Below are positions 10,667-20,745 of a stretch of 60,000 bases of DNA, piece by piece. The translations under genes and the position numbers were made by a program. The DNA lies in NCBI GenBank assembly GCA_964187785.1, contig OZ076409.1:54190001-54250000 (forward strand), given 5' to 3'. The DNA comes from Amphiscolops sp. MND2022 (taxonomy: Eukaryota). Every line of letters starts with the position of its first letter. Within the stretch, counting starts at the first letter, position 1. The notes below the pieces were generated by a model, which made no database searches, was not told where the DNA came from, and saw only the letters and a program-made list of their open reading frames with translations.

Positions 10667-12722
10667 GACTGTAGAAGATCACATGGCGCGTTTGCGCGAG
10701 GTTTTTGAATGCCTCCGCGAAGCTGGCTTCAGGATGCGCGTAGCCAAATGCGACTTCATGAAACCAGAAATCAAATATCTGGGACGCGTGGTCTCAGCAG
10801 AAGGTGTCAAACCGGACCCGAAAGCTGTTGCCAAACTGCGCGATTGGGACATCCCCCGCAACAAAACTGAAATGCAAGGTTTCCTGGGATTCGCTAATTA
10901 TTATCGTGAATTCATCCCGTGGCATGCCAAGCTGGTGGCGCCCCTCCACGCCGTTACGGGACTGAATGCCACATTTGCATGGGGTCCTGACCAACAAAAA
11001 GCCTTCAACGAAATCAAGACAGCATTGATCGAGGCGACTGCGCTCGCGCAGCCTGATTCCGAAGGAGAGTTTGTGCTGGACACCGATGCCAGCGCCGTTG
11101 CCATTTCCGGTATCCTACACCAGTGGCAAGGAGCTCCAGGAGAGCGACGTCTACGACCGATCATATACGGCAGCAAGAAACTGACCACAACCCAAGCCAA
11201 ATATGGGGCACCCAAGCTGGAGATGTTTGCTGCCTACTACTTCATTATCAAGTACCACAGCTACCTTTGTCCCCGAAAGTTCACCCTGAGAGTCTACAAC
11301 CAAGCCCTATCCTGGTTGAAAACCTACTCCACGGACCAAGCATTGATTGGACGTTGGATTATGACACTGGACAGGCATCACTTTCGCGTGGAACACAGAC
11401 CACGAACGCAACACCGCAATGCTGATGGCTTGAGCAAACGAACCAACGATTATCGATGCCGAGAACAGCAGCTTGCGCAGCTGCCAGCTACTGGAGAGCG
11501 TTGGAACTTCCTCTCGGCCGAGGAATTCGACAACCTCCCCATAGCCCCATGGTTCGACCTGCAAGGTCGAATCATTCCAAATCATCCTGACCTACCACCG
11601 CATCTGCAGAACTTGGAGCCTAAGGCTCCTGACCAAGCACTCCGTGTGCTTCGCCGTGTGCAACGAGCGAACAAGCGAGAACGACAGGCGAAGGCGCTAG
11701 CCGCGCCTTTACCGCCTCAGCCTCCACCCGTGCTACAGAAGCACGAGGACTTCTATCCAGACTATCCTGAAGACTGGATAGACGTCACCACTGAGGCGAG
11801 CGAGGATTACCTGCTGCCAACACATGCAGTAAATGTCCCCTCGCGCACCATCTATTCTGTGACGGGAACGAGTAACGCCATGCTACAGAACTCTCCTGGT
11901 GGCGTGCGCGAGTCGATCATGGCCCTCAAGGACATCGACACCGAGCTCCATGAACACACACATACCGTGCACGGGATCAAGGACTTGGTTTTAGCCCAAA
12001 ACCGCGATGTCCATGTGCTAGCGCTGAAAAAGCTCGTGCAGTGTGAATCCCTAGATAACGATGTGTTTCCCGAGAACGTGCGTGAGTTCGCACGTAATTA
12101 CTTCCGCCAGAAAAAGGATCTCTTGTTCATAAACAAGAATGATGTCCTTTGCGTGCAATACTCCCCCACCCAACGCCCACTGCACGAACGTCCGTGCATG
12201 ATCATAATGCCTCAACTGTACCAGCACGAGATTCTGTTCCGTGCGCACGACGCAATGGGACACCAAGGTATCTCAAAAGTGGTAGCTCGAATTCAAGAGC
12301 GCCACACTTGGCCCGGCATACAGCGCAGTGTCGGTCGATACGTCGGCCAATGCCTCACCTGCCAACAAGTACGTGACAAGCCTGGTGACGTACGATTCCA
12401 ATTGAAAAACATTCAGAGTGGCTACTTCAACGAGTTGGTCCAATATGACCACTTAAAAATCTGCCCCTCTGATAACAACAACACTGGCATTTTGGTCATC
12501 ATCGACCATTTCTCTAAATTTGCAGAGGCAGTCCCTTGTAGTCATCATGACTATGACGCAGTGACCACCTCACGATTGCTGCTGCAGAAATGGTTTGCCC
12601 GCCACGGCACCCCCGCTCGCATGCAATCAGACAATGCTCCCAACCTTACTGCTGAAGTCTCTAATGAGTTCCTAAAGGCAGCTCACGTCACTAAGGTGAC
12701 CTCCACTGCCGGACATCCCTGA
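10626..12722 (+). CDS. pol: Gag-Pol part 2: RT C-half, RNase H, long tether, integrase N-terminal part (ends at a premature TGA)
   Basis: YIDD, YLGRVVS, FLGFANYYR; LDTDAS...NADGLS; HHCC (HDAMGHQG...CLTC); YDH and SDN of the DDE triad. Confidence 0.95.
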   Translation: MVMAYIDDIVIATETVEDHMARLREVFECLREAGFRMRVAKCDFMKPEIKYLGRVVSAEGVKPDPKAVAKLRDWDIPRNKTEMQGFLGFANYYREFIPWHAKLVAPLHAVTGLNATFAWGPDQQKAFNEIKTALIEATALAQPDSEGEFVLDTDASAVAISGILHQWQGAPGERRLRPIIYGSKKLTTTQAKYGAPKLEMFAAYYFIIKYHSYLCPRKFTLRVYNQALSWLKTYSTDQALIGRWIMTLDRHHFRVEHRPRTQHRNADGLSKRTNDYRCREQQLAQLPATGERWNFLSAEEFDNLPIAPWFDLQGRIIPNHPDLPPHLQNLEPKAPDQALRVLRRVQRANKRERQAKALAAPLPPQPPPVLQKHEDFYPDYPEDWIDVTTEASEDYLLPTHAVNVPSRTIYSVTGTSNAMLQNSPGGVRESIMALKDIDTELHEHTHTVHGIKDLVLAQNRDVHVLALKKLVQCESLDNDVFPENVREFARNYFRQKKDLLFINKNDVLCVQYSPTQRPLHERPCMIIMPQLYQHEILFRAHDAMGHQGISKVVARIQERHTWPGIQRSVGRYVGQCLTCQQVRDKPGDVRFQLKNIQSGYFNELVQYDHLKICPSDNNNTGILVIIDHFSKFAEAVPCSHHDYDAVTTSRLLLQKWFARHGTPARMQSDNAPNLTAEVSNEFLKAAHVTKVTSTAGHP

Positions 12723-15404
12723 ACTCAAGGCTTGGTGGAACGGCAAAACCGCACCCTCTTAACCTTGCTGCGAGTCTTTTGCTCACGTCGCATGCGCGAC
12801 TGGGACCAATGCTTAGATGAAGTAATCGGTGCCTATAATTCCACCAGGCACGCCACTACAGGCTTCTCGCCCTATATGTTAACAAGGGGTGTTGAGAAAG
12901 CAATCCCCCTCACCTTTTTATACCCTGAATTTGCAGCCAAGTCCTTCGACACGCATGAAGCATAGGTGGATCATGTGTTGGCTCGCCAACAAGAAATTCA
13001 CGACTTGGTCCGGCGCAATACGCACCAAGCCCAATTACGCCAAAAATTGAAGTATGATCGTGCTATTCGAGCACGAGCTTACCAGCCAGGAGAGCTTGTC
13101 TGGGTTTTTTGCCGCTACGTGCCGCAAAAAGGCTCTCCCAAACTGATGCGCGCCTGGCGTGGCCCGCACAAAATAGTACAAGTCTTTCAAGAAGGACGTG
13201 TCTACGCATTGGACACAGGCCAAAAGGTTCATTTTGAGCGCCTGAAACCTCATCATAGTGGGCCCCTTGAGCTCGCCACCGCGCAAGCGGACAGCGGCGA
13301 AATAGTGGTACTCATGGACCCTGACCCTGAACGTTCTGTTGAAGCAGTTGACGACGATAAGTCCCAGCCTTCATATAAAACTGAACAACTACTTTCAGAA
13401 GCATCTGACGTGTCCTTGCCTTCGCGCAAGCAACATTGGATGGATACCCGTCTGCGCACAAAGTTACGTGCTGGAGGTTCCCGCATGCACTACCAGCAAT
13501 TCGACTACTCAACTTCGGGCACTGACGACGAGTTGTCCGAAATCATGCTACCGGTACCTCCTGATCCCGTTGATGCTGATCGCAGGGAGCCCGAACCCCA
13601 ACTCCCTTCAGACCAATCAATATCACCTACCCATCATCTGCCTCAACTATTCTCCGACCATGAGCGCGCGCGCTCTCCGTCACCACGAATATCCTCTCCC
13701 GAAAAACAGCCCTCCTTACTGAGAACATCGGCCCCACTACTGACAAATCCATCACTGACGAGTTTCCTCAACAACTATCCCATTTGGCCGGCCGCTCCTT
13801 CCCTTCCTCTGAAATCCGCCACTGAGGATGACGACGCTCAGTCCAATGTCCCTACTCTTCCCACAACATTGCCCGGAGCGGGGACCGCTCCTTTTTTCAA
13901 AAGGGGGAGGGGGAGACCACCCAAAACGCGAAAAAGGCTGGTCAGAGCGAAGGCAAGAACGAGGAAGAAAGAAACAACAACAATAATGCCGTCGGAAACA
14001 GTAATACCGACCGAGACTTCTGAGGTTCCCCGATACCAGCTGAGAAGCAGGCGGCAGCCACGCTATAAGTGCGGGACCTGTGGGCTGCGAGACTGTGTTT
14101 GCTTGCTAGCCGTCAATGAGAACCGGAGGGTTCCCACTGGAGCCCGGGGAGTCCCTCCAGAGCGGGGAGAAAATCTAGTACATCGCCTTACGGTGAGAGC
14201 TGAAAAGACTTATTCCTCCCTGGAACGACACGGAGACCATCCCGTGGATACTATTATGGAAAAGTTATCACTACCTGGAGTAGCGAAGGCCCCATGTCCT
14301 CGATTTAAGGAGTGGACTAGCGACGGAAAAGGGTTAGAGTTCACCCTCGCAACGGTGATGCCCCCAGTACCCAGCAATATTGCGTTTGGATCCTTCAACT
14401 TCGAACGGGAGACTGTGCAAATGGTCCGATGCATCACCGGTGATCTTCTCTGTGACAAATACGGAATTCACGTGGATCTGGGCGGAGTATACAGCCCAGC
14501 GCCGCACTGGTGTTTGCTGGTCACTGCTCCACGAGTGGAGGCAATAGTGGAACCATTGCACCTGCTGTCCTTCTTGGAAGGTCTGAGGACCCTCACTACC
14601 GCGGACTTGATACTTTGCTTCCACATCATAGACTGGTATCGTGGCAAAGTGAAATTCGCGAGGTGGTTGGAGCTGATCATCACTTGTTTCCCCAATTATC
14701 CTCGCATTAGATTGCTGGACGAGTGGACTCATACTTTCGAGATTCCGCTTCCTCCGAAAGCCGTTTTGAGCACCCTAGACACATGGGTTAGGGCGGGCAG
14801 TGATAATCGAGCGATGCCACGCTCGGTATGGCAAGACCTGGCTGCAATCCAGGGGCGTACGCCCCGCGTATGCTTGCCTGCCGACAATGGGCCGGGGAGA
14901 GAGATTATCTACCCGGGAATCCTGCATCCAGCCCCAACAGAGCACCTCTCATATGATGTGACTGATTTTCTTCAAGTAGAAGGTGATATGGTGTTAGCGT
15001 GTCCCGCTGACCTAGAGACCAACTCAGCTGCCCTACGGTACGTGCTACGAGAATGCGGCAAGGAGAACGTATTCTCCTTACGTCCTAAGGTGGGGGAGAT
15101 TCTCACCATTCCTCCCGATATCAACCCAAACCCCAATCAGAGTATTCACTTGCTAATAATCAGAGTAAACCAGCGTGCGCCGCTGCTCGCAGACGACTAC
15201 CTACGTTGTATGACGCACTTGATACAGCGTTTGATGGAGAAGGGATCCACGAGGGTCCACCTACCTATACTGGATCCAGAGCGACCCGCCCTCTCATTGG
15301 TAAACTTATACCATACCCTAACGAATTTGCTGGAGGGCACTGGCATTCACGTAGTGCTGCATAACCGCGTGTATGTGTCCATTCTGAACATAGGGCTGGA
15401 GTAG
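12723..15404 (+). pseudogene. pol: Gag-Pol part 3: integrase C-terminus plus long extension (AT-hook, Cys motif, two macrodomain-like domains); in-frame stop at 12963-12965
   Basis: VERQNRTL, YNSTRH...GFSPY and the GPY/F-like WRGPHKI; KRGRGRPPK; CGTCGLRDCVC. Same frame as part 2 across TGA 12720 and TAG 12963. Confidence 0.9.
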
Positions 15405-15662
15405 CCCGCCCAAAACGCTTTTTGTTGCCCCCCCCCCTATTTAATTTACCCACCCCGATAATCGTTATACCTGGGAGGAAGTGTTAAACCATCCCATGAA
15501 ATGATTACATTGTAACGTAGCGCTAAATAACTTCTATCTTTATGTTGTAATTAGTTAGTTGAACTACAATTTAAACTTGTTGCGGTTCCCCCATGGAACC
15601 ATCTTTGTACTATTGTAGCTGAATGATGAGCCTTAAGCTCCCCCCACAATGCACCTAGTAAG

Positions 15663-15683
15663 CCTAACGGTGATCCTTTTTAG
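15663..15683 (+). promoter_or_regulatory. Putative branch point and 3' splice acceptor for ORF3
   Basis: CCTAAC...CCTTTTTAG ending 12 nt before the ORF3 ATG. Confidence 0.6.
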
Positions 15684-15695
15684 AACTATGATATA

Positions 15696-18600
15696 ATGGC
15701 TTATTACCCCAACAACACGGTACCTATTTCCACGACGGGACCTCACGCCAATAGGCCTCAAGAATTGCCTGCGCGAGCGCAGAGGACTAATCAAGTCCAA
15801 TACGTAGAAGAGCGATTGAGGAACGGCCTCTCACCGTTAGCGGTAGCGGGCGTGGCCGCCCTACTTACCCAACTAGACACAATGCAGACGCTGCCGGGCG
15901 TATCCGTGTCTCTGGTGACGGAAGTAGCCGGTTACCGTCGCACCCTAACCTGCCAAAACAATGCGTGGGATGGCCACGATCTGACGCACCAGTTCCTGGA
16001 TGAACGTTCTACCACAATGCTCGGGCCCAGCCAAGGCACGAGATTCGAGCAAGAAGCCTCACTGTGTATGGTGCCTGCCAGCGTAGCAACAATGCCTCCT
16101 CCTCAGATGGTCGCACTGCCCCCACCAGCACCAAATCCAGTACCAATGACGCCAACTTATTCCGGTTCGCCTGCCTTTGGAACCTCATATCGAGCACCAC
16201 ACATGGTACTGCAAACCACTACTAATGCACCAGTCTCTGATCGGGATCCCTCGGGGTCCCGGTTACCACCCATACCCAACCCAGAGCTGACGGGAAGGAG
16301 TACCAGCGAACAGGCCGTAATTGTGGCCTTGCAAGCAGTGGCGAACTATCCCAACTCCACCGATTTCGTCCGTGCCGTGGAGCAGAGAATCCCTGGTTTA
16401 GCCACGTATCTGCAAGCTGCTGCTCAGCCCGCGGGCTGTGACCCTCCTGCTCCCCTAGTCGAAACGGCATCTATGGATATGGAAATTGTCGCTGGACCGA
16501 GTAACAGCGCAAGCGCTGCCTCTGGCACACGAGAAGAAGCGGGGAGAAAGCGGCTAACTGAAGAAACTGTCTCAGTTACCCCAGCTGGCTCGGTAACCGA
16601 GAGCCCAACTAGTCGTCCCCCTCCCGACAAGCGCGCTGATGTACCTCGGCCCCAGCTGAAGAGTGTGGTCATCCCTAGGCCCCCGTACCGGGTAGGTCAT
16701 CTAGGCCGAAGCGCACCTCAAATGTCTTTAGCAGACGCGATCGAACAGTATGGAGACCCGGATGCAGGCTCGGAAGTGAGCTCTGTGCCCTCGGGCATCA
16801 ATCCAATAGATATGTCCCTGGAGATACCTGAGACGGTGGAGGAAGCCCATCCTCCAGCTTTCCTCCCTCCATCTGACGACGTATCCGGCTCAGTAGTCAC
16901 CAATGATAGCAAACGCATTTGGATAGCGGCTGAGCATCTCTACCCCAGTCAATGCGCTATCAAGAAAAGGACCCCTCCAACTGAAACGGAGCAAAAGGAG
17001 ATCAACCGGACAACGATACCGGCGCAAGTCACGCGTTCGCTCCGCCCCCGTGACGCAGACATGTCGGAGCAGGCTTGGGAACAGCGTGCTCGAGAGCAGC
17101 TGCCTATGACAACCAACGATTACATGGCGCCCCTGCAACACAATATCACTGAGCAATTCCCCGCACGGTATGTGTTGCGAGAAGGTGAGACATGGGAGGC
17201 GAACGCCCGTTACGCTCGCAACCTGAGATCTTTGAAACCCCTATTGAAAGCAGCTCTGCAGCGCGCGCGCTACTGCATGGCAGTTGATTCTACTTGCCGA
17301 AGTGACCTCCCTATTGACAATTTAATGCCTGACGTGCTGGTGCTAACTATGCCCCTGTCTCGCTTCGCTGAGGTCGCTGAGATGGTTGGAGCCATATACG
17401 ATCCAAACTTAAGAGGATCACAAAAGGAACCACCCCCACAGCGAGTGATCTTTGCCAATCTTCTTGATCACATGGCTTGCGAAGGATTGCTGCACGACCT
17501 GGACGCCATAATGTCCAATGTCCGACGACTTGGAGACATTGACGCCCTGGTAAATGAGGTGGTCGGTGCAATGGAACGTGCCGCAGGGATCCTTCGGGGT
17601 CGTCTGGGAGCGCTCGCGCTCTTTGTATCCCCACCAGGATTCATGTATTGGCCACGAAGTCTGCAGCAGTTCGTCTACATTCTGCTGGAGGTGTGCAAGG
17701 CGCGCAGAGTCGAATTCGCCATCTGTGCACCGAACTTGCGCGTGGACCGAGAGGACCTGCGCCCAGATACCTTATCGTATCCAGCCTTCTTTGCCGCCGT
17801 ATCTAGAGCGCTTGTGGCTATAGAACGCTCGGGAAACGCCCAGCTAACCATTGACGATGCTATCCTCTATGATTATGGAATGCGGATGGGCAGATTGGCC
17901 TTTGACCTTGACGGCAACCGCATTGCCCGAGAATCTAATGTAACCGAACGAGAGGCTGTTCGCCGGTATAATTGGCTAGTGCGAAGAGATAAAGAAATCC
18001 CAGTGCGCGCAGAATTAGCCGACCTGACAAAACAAATTGGTGCATGGCCTGCAGCGCGCACCGTCGAGAGAACAATTCCTCAGATCCACTTCGCCTCGGG
18101 AATCGAGCCCGTGAAGCTGCCTGTAGGGCTGCGGTGTATCGTAGCAATGGAAGCAACAAACCTGAAAGCAGAAGTCGACGCCGCAGCCACCACTTATGCT
18201 TATTGGTACCAGACTAGGTTTGCCACCAGAACTCTGGCAGAAGTAGCTCGAGAGCTCAATTGTCCATTGGAAGCCTTCTGTACCAGTCTTGGTCTAGGAT
18301 GGAACCTAGAGGTACTAACTTCTGAGTTCTCGCTGACCTCTACGCAAACGGACAAGCTGCTAGAAACAATTGGAGAGGCAACCGTCGGAGAAATACTAGC
18401 GCTCGCGCTAGCGATGGGCCCAACCAAGTTTGTAGCCGGACCACTGGCCTTTTTAGTCGACATAGTAATTGCCTGCGACCTCACCGTGTTCTACAGCTAC
18501 TTGGTCCTGGCACAAGGACAACTACGCAGCCTGACCCGTTGGGGACACTTGATGACTTCCAAAGACCAGCAAGACTATTCCGCCCAACTGGAGCGCATGC

Positions 18601-20003
18601 GTGCGTCAATCCAGCACTGGCTAAACTCCACCCTGGTGTTCGCCTCTGGCCTATTCGTGGGCGCAGACCAATCCCAACCACTACATAACTCCGACCAGCA
18701 GATCTCACGGGAAACGGCAGGATTCCCCATGCCGCAGCAGATTGCAGATCTCACCCTGGCTGAAGTAGAAGATTTTGTGGCAGCAATGGCTCCTGTCTTG
18801 GCCCCTATCTTTGGCGCAGTGGGCGTGTGCCGATACCCAACAAAACCATTGGCAACAGCCGTCCAAGTGCACATGGCCTCCTTCAGTACCTACCTGCGGG
18901 GCCATCCCTCACTGGCGTATCCAAGGGTAATACATGCAGTGCTGAGTGGTGAGGTGCCGCATGGGTACACGACCATAAAATCCGAAAGAGAGTTGGAGGA
19001 GAACCTGATGGGTTTGCTGCGCGCGCGCACCAGGAATGCATGTCCTCTACCCCGAGAGCATGGACCTGTGAACTGGTATTCCGCACCTCTCAGTTTGGAA
19101 GGGGTCCCCTTTAGGTTCCCCTGGAGTCAAGAGTTCATAAGGAAGGCGATTCGCGCCAGCACTAGTGCTGGTCCACCTGTAGACCCTTTATACTGCTTCA
19201 AATGCATCGCCTTCCCAAACCGCTATTGGAAGGAGCCGTTAGGTTGGCCCAGGGCAAAACCCGTTGGACGCGCCCCAGAGGTGTTCAACCGCCAAATCCA
19301 ACACTTGGAGTCAGCCCAGATCCCAGGATTGATTGAAGGCGCTGCTCAGATCAGGCAGAGGAATCTTCAATCCCGCGTTATCCCGTTCCCCAGGAAGTCG
19401 GCATGGAAACCCACGGGAAAGATGACCATGTCTGGAGATATGTCCATCGTCCAGCATGATGAAATAAACTCCGTGTTGGGCTCAACAGAACGTGCGAGAT
19501 GGGAAGAGTACTGTCTGGAGTTGGAAATTGCAAGCTTCCCTAAATGGAAGAGAGCTTGCGAGCTCTGGAGCCAATCTGGATGGATCTCACGCCGTGTAGC
19601 ACTAGCGGTAGAAGGTAGAGCAGAGATAGCGAGACAACAGGCGTTCGCGCCTACCATGCTCGCACCAACGATGGCGATGTCTTTGGATCGGCCCATCTCT
19701 CAACCGATCACCATTAACCTTCCAACCCATAACTTGGAGCCAAACCCAGTTGGCCCGTCTTCGTCGCGAACGAGCCCTCAGTCCTCGCAGCAGCAGTCCG
19801 GAGAGCACACTGCCGAATTGACTCCCAATGCAGCACTAGTGCAGCCTATTGCCGAGTTGTCGCTCCCCGAAAGTCCGTCGGACTCTGAAACAGTTACCAC
19901 AGAAGTTTCTCCCCGACGTCGAGCGTCAGTGTCGACTGATAACCCAGAACAGAACCTAGATGATGCCACTAAAGAGCGGACCCGACGCAGTTCAGCTCAA
20001 TAA
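15696..20003 (+). CDS. ORF3 of the retrotransposon, 1435 aa: Pro/Ser-rich ends, central SGNH-hydrolase-like domain, uncharacterised helical region
   Basis: Uninterrupted 4.3-kb ORF between pol and the 3' LTR. SGNH-like blocks at about 17268-17822. No evident signal peptide. Confidence 0.88.
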   Translation: MAYYPNNTVPISTTGPHANRPQELPARAQRTNQVQYVEERLRNGLSPLAVAGVAALLTQLDTMQTLPGVSVSLVTEVAGYRRTLTCQNNAWDGHDLTHQFLDERSTTMLGPSQGTRFEQEASLCMVPASVATMPPPQMVALPPPAPNPVPMTPTYSGSPAFGTSYRAPHMVLQTTTNAPVSDRDPSGSRLPPIPNPELTGRSTSEQAVIVALQAVANYPNSTDFVRAVEQRIPGLATYLQAAAQPAGCDPPAPLVETASMDMEIVAGPSNSASAASGTREEAGRKRLTEETVSVTPAGSVTESPTSRPPPDKRADVPRPQLKSVVIPRPPYRVGHLGRSAPQMSLADAIEQYGDPDAGSEVSSVPSGINPIDMSLEIPETVEEAHPPAFLPPSDDVSGSVVTNDSKRIWIAAEHLYPSQCAIKKRTPPTETEQKEINRTTIPAQVTRSLRPRDADMSEQAWEQRAREQLPMTTNDYMAPLQHNITEQFPARYVLREGETWEANARYARNLRSLKPLLKAALQRARYCMAVDSTCRSDLPIDNLMPDVLVLTMPLSRFAEVAEMVGAIYDPNLRGSQKEPPPQRVIFANLLDHMACEGLLHDLDAIMSNVRRLGDIDALVNEVVGAMERAAGILRGRLGALALFVSPPGFMYWPRSLQQFVYILLEVCKARRVEFAICAPNLRVDREDLRPDTLSYPAFFAAVSRALVAIERSGNAQLTIDDAILYDYGMRMGRLAFDLDGNRIARESNVTEREAVRRYNWLVRRDKEIPVRAELADLTKQIGAWPAARTVERTIPQIHFASGIEPVKLPVGLRCIVAMEATNLKAEVDAAATTYAYWYQTRFATRTLAEVARELNCPLEAFCTSLGLGWNLEVLTSEFSLTSTQTDKLLETIGEATVGEILALALAMGPTKFVAGPLAFLVDIVIACDLTVFYSYLVLAQGQLRSLTRWGHLMTSKDQQDYSAQLERMRASIQHWLNSTLVFASGLFVGADQSQPLHNSDQQISRETAGFPMPQQIADLTLAEVEDFVAAMAPVLAPIFGAVGVCRYPTKPLATAVQVHMASFSTYLRGHPSLAYPRVIHAVLSGEVPHGYTTIKSERELEENLMGLLRARTRNACPLPREHGPVNWYSAPLSLEGVPFRFPWSQEFIRKAIRASTSAGPPVDPLYCFKCIAFPNRYWKEPLGWPRAKPVGRAPEVFNRQIQHLESAQIPGLIEGAAQIRQRNLQSRVIPFPRKSAWKPTGKMTMSGDMSIVQHDEINSVLGSTERARWEEYCLELEIASFPKWKRACELWSQSGWISRRVALAVEGRAEIARQQAFAPTMLAPTMAMSLDRPISQPITINLPTHNLEPNPVGPSSSRTSPQSSQQQSGEHTAELTPNAALVQPIAELSLPESPSDSETVTTEVSPRRRASVSTDNPEQNLDDATKERTRRSSAQ

Positions 20004-20730
20004 ACCCAGCCGCTAATGGGAGCGTTCGCGCTCCCTATACCCTCATAAACTGCCAACAAACAGTGCCTCAAAACTTCTCATCCAGAACGGTGCTATAGTA
20101 CAAAGTGCAATTTTTGTTCTTAGTTATGGTTATATAATTAGTGTACCATTAGTGTTGCACTGGGTGTACGGCCAATAGAGTACGCCTGCCCCAATGGCTT
20201 GAGTGACCAAGCAGAAAGAAAAGAAAACTATTGTTCAAAAAAACTATCATTTTTGTTGCGCACCGTTCGCGGTGTTTTTGAGTTGTCTTATCCCTCTTGA
20301 TTGCGTTTCTTTCTAGTCTAGTGTTCTTCATCAATCTGGTTGTTCACCGTAAGAGCCCCCAAGCTCTAAAAAAAGTTTTTGATCGCCTGAAATGAACTGA
20401 AGACTTGTAGTCTCAAATGGTAAGGAAAAGAAATTTTAGCTGACTTTGGTCGCAAATAGGTTTTTACACAAGTTGACTGCCCAAACGAATTTTAACCGGC
20501 TGAAAACTGTAGCTCTCGAGCTGGTGCTAAAACCTCGTTCATGTTTTGTACGAATAGCTAGGCAGTAAGTTCTTTTTTTTCTCGTAAAAAAACTGCAAAG
20601 TCGACCAAAATTGTTGCCGAAAAACAAGGACTCGTCCTTGTTCCCCGATGTGTGGATGATGGTTCCCAGCAGTCACTGTGATGCAGTTCCCAGACGATCC
20701 AGACGCCGCTTGCCAGGGACGACAAGCCAG

Positions 20731-20745
20731 GAGCCTGGGGAGTGA
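20731..20745 (+). promoter_or_regulatory. Imperfect polypurine tract
   Basis: gagcctggggagtga directly before the TG of the 3' LTR. Confidence 0.6.

Noticed and set aside
5917..19969. Many short antisense or alternate-frame ORFs over gag-pol and ORF3
   Set aside because: Expected shadows of GC-rich coding sequence; no motifs.
15696..20003. ORF3 as a classical env gene
   Set aside because: No N-terminal signal peptide, no clear C-terminal TM anchor and no Cys-rich ectodomain pattern; only moderately hydrophobic internal helices.
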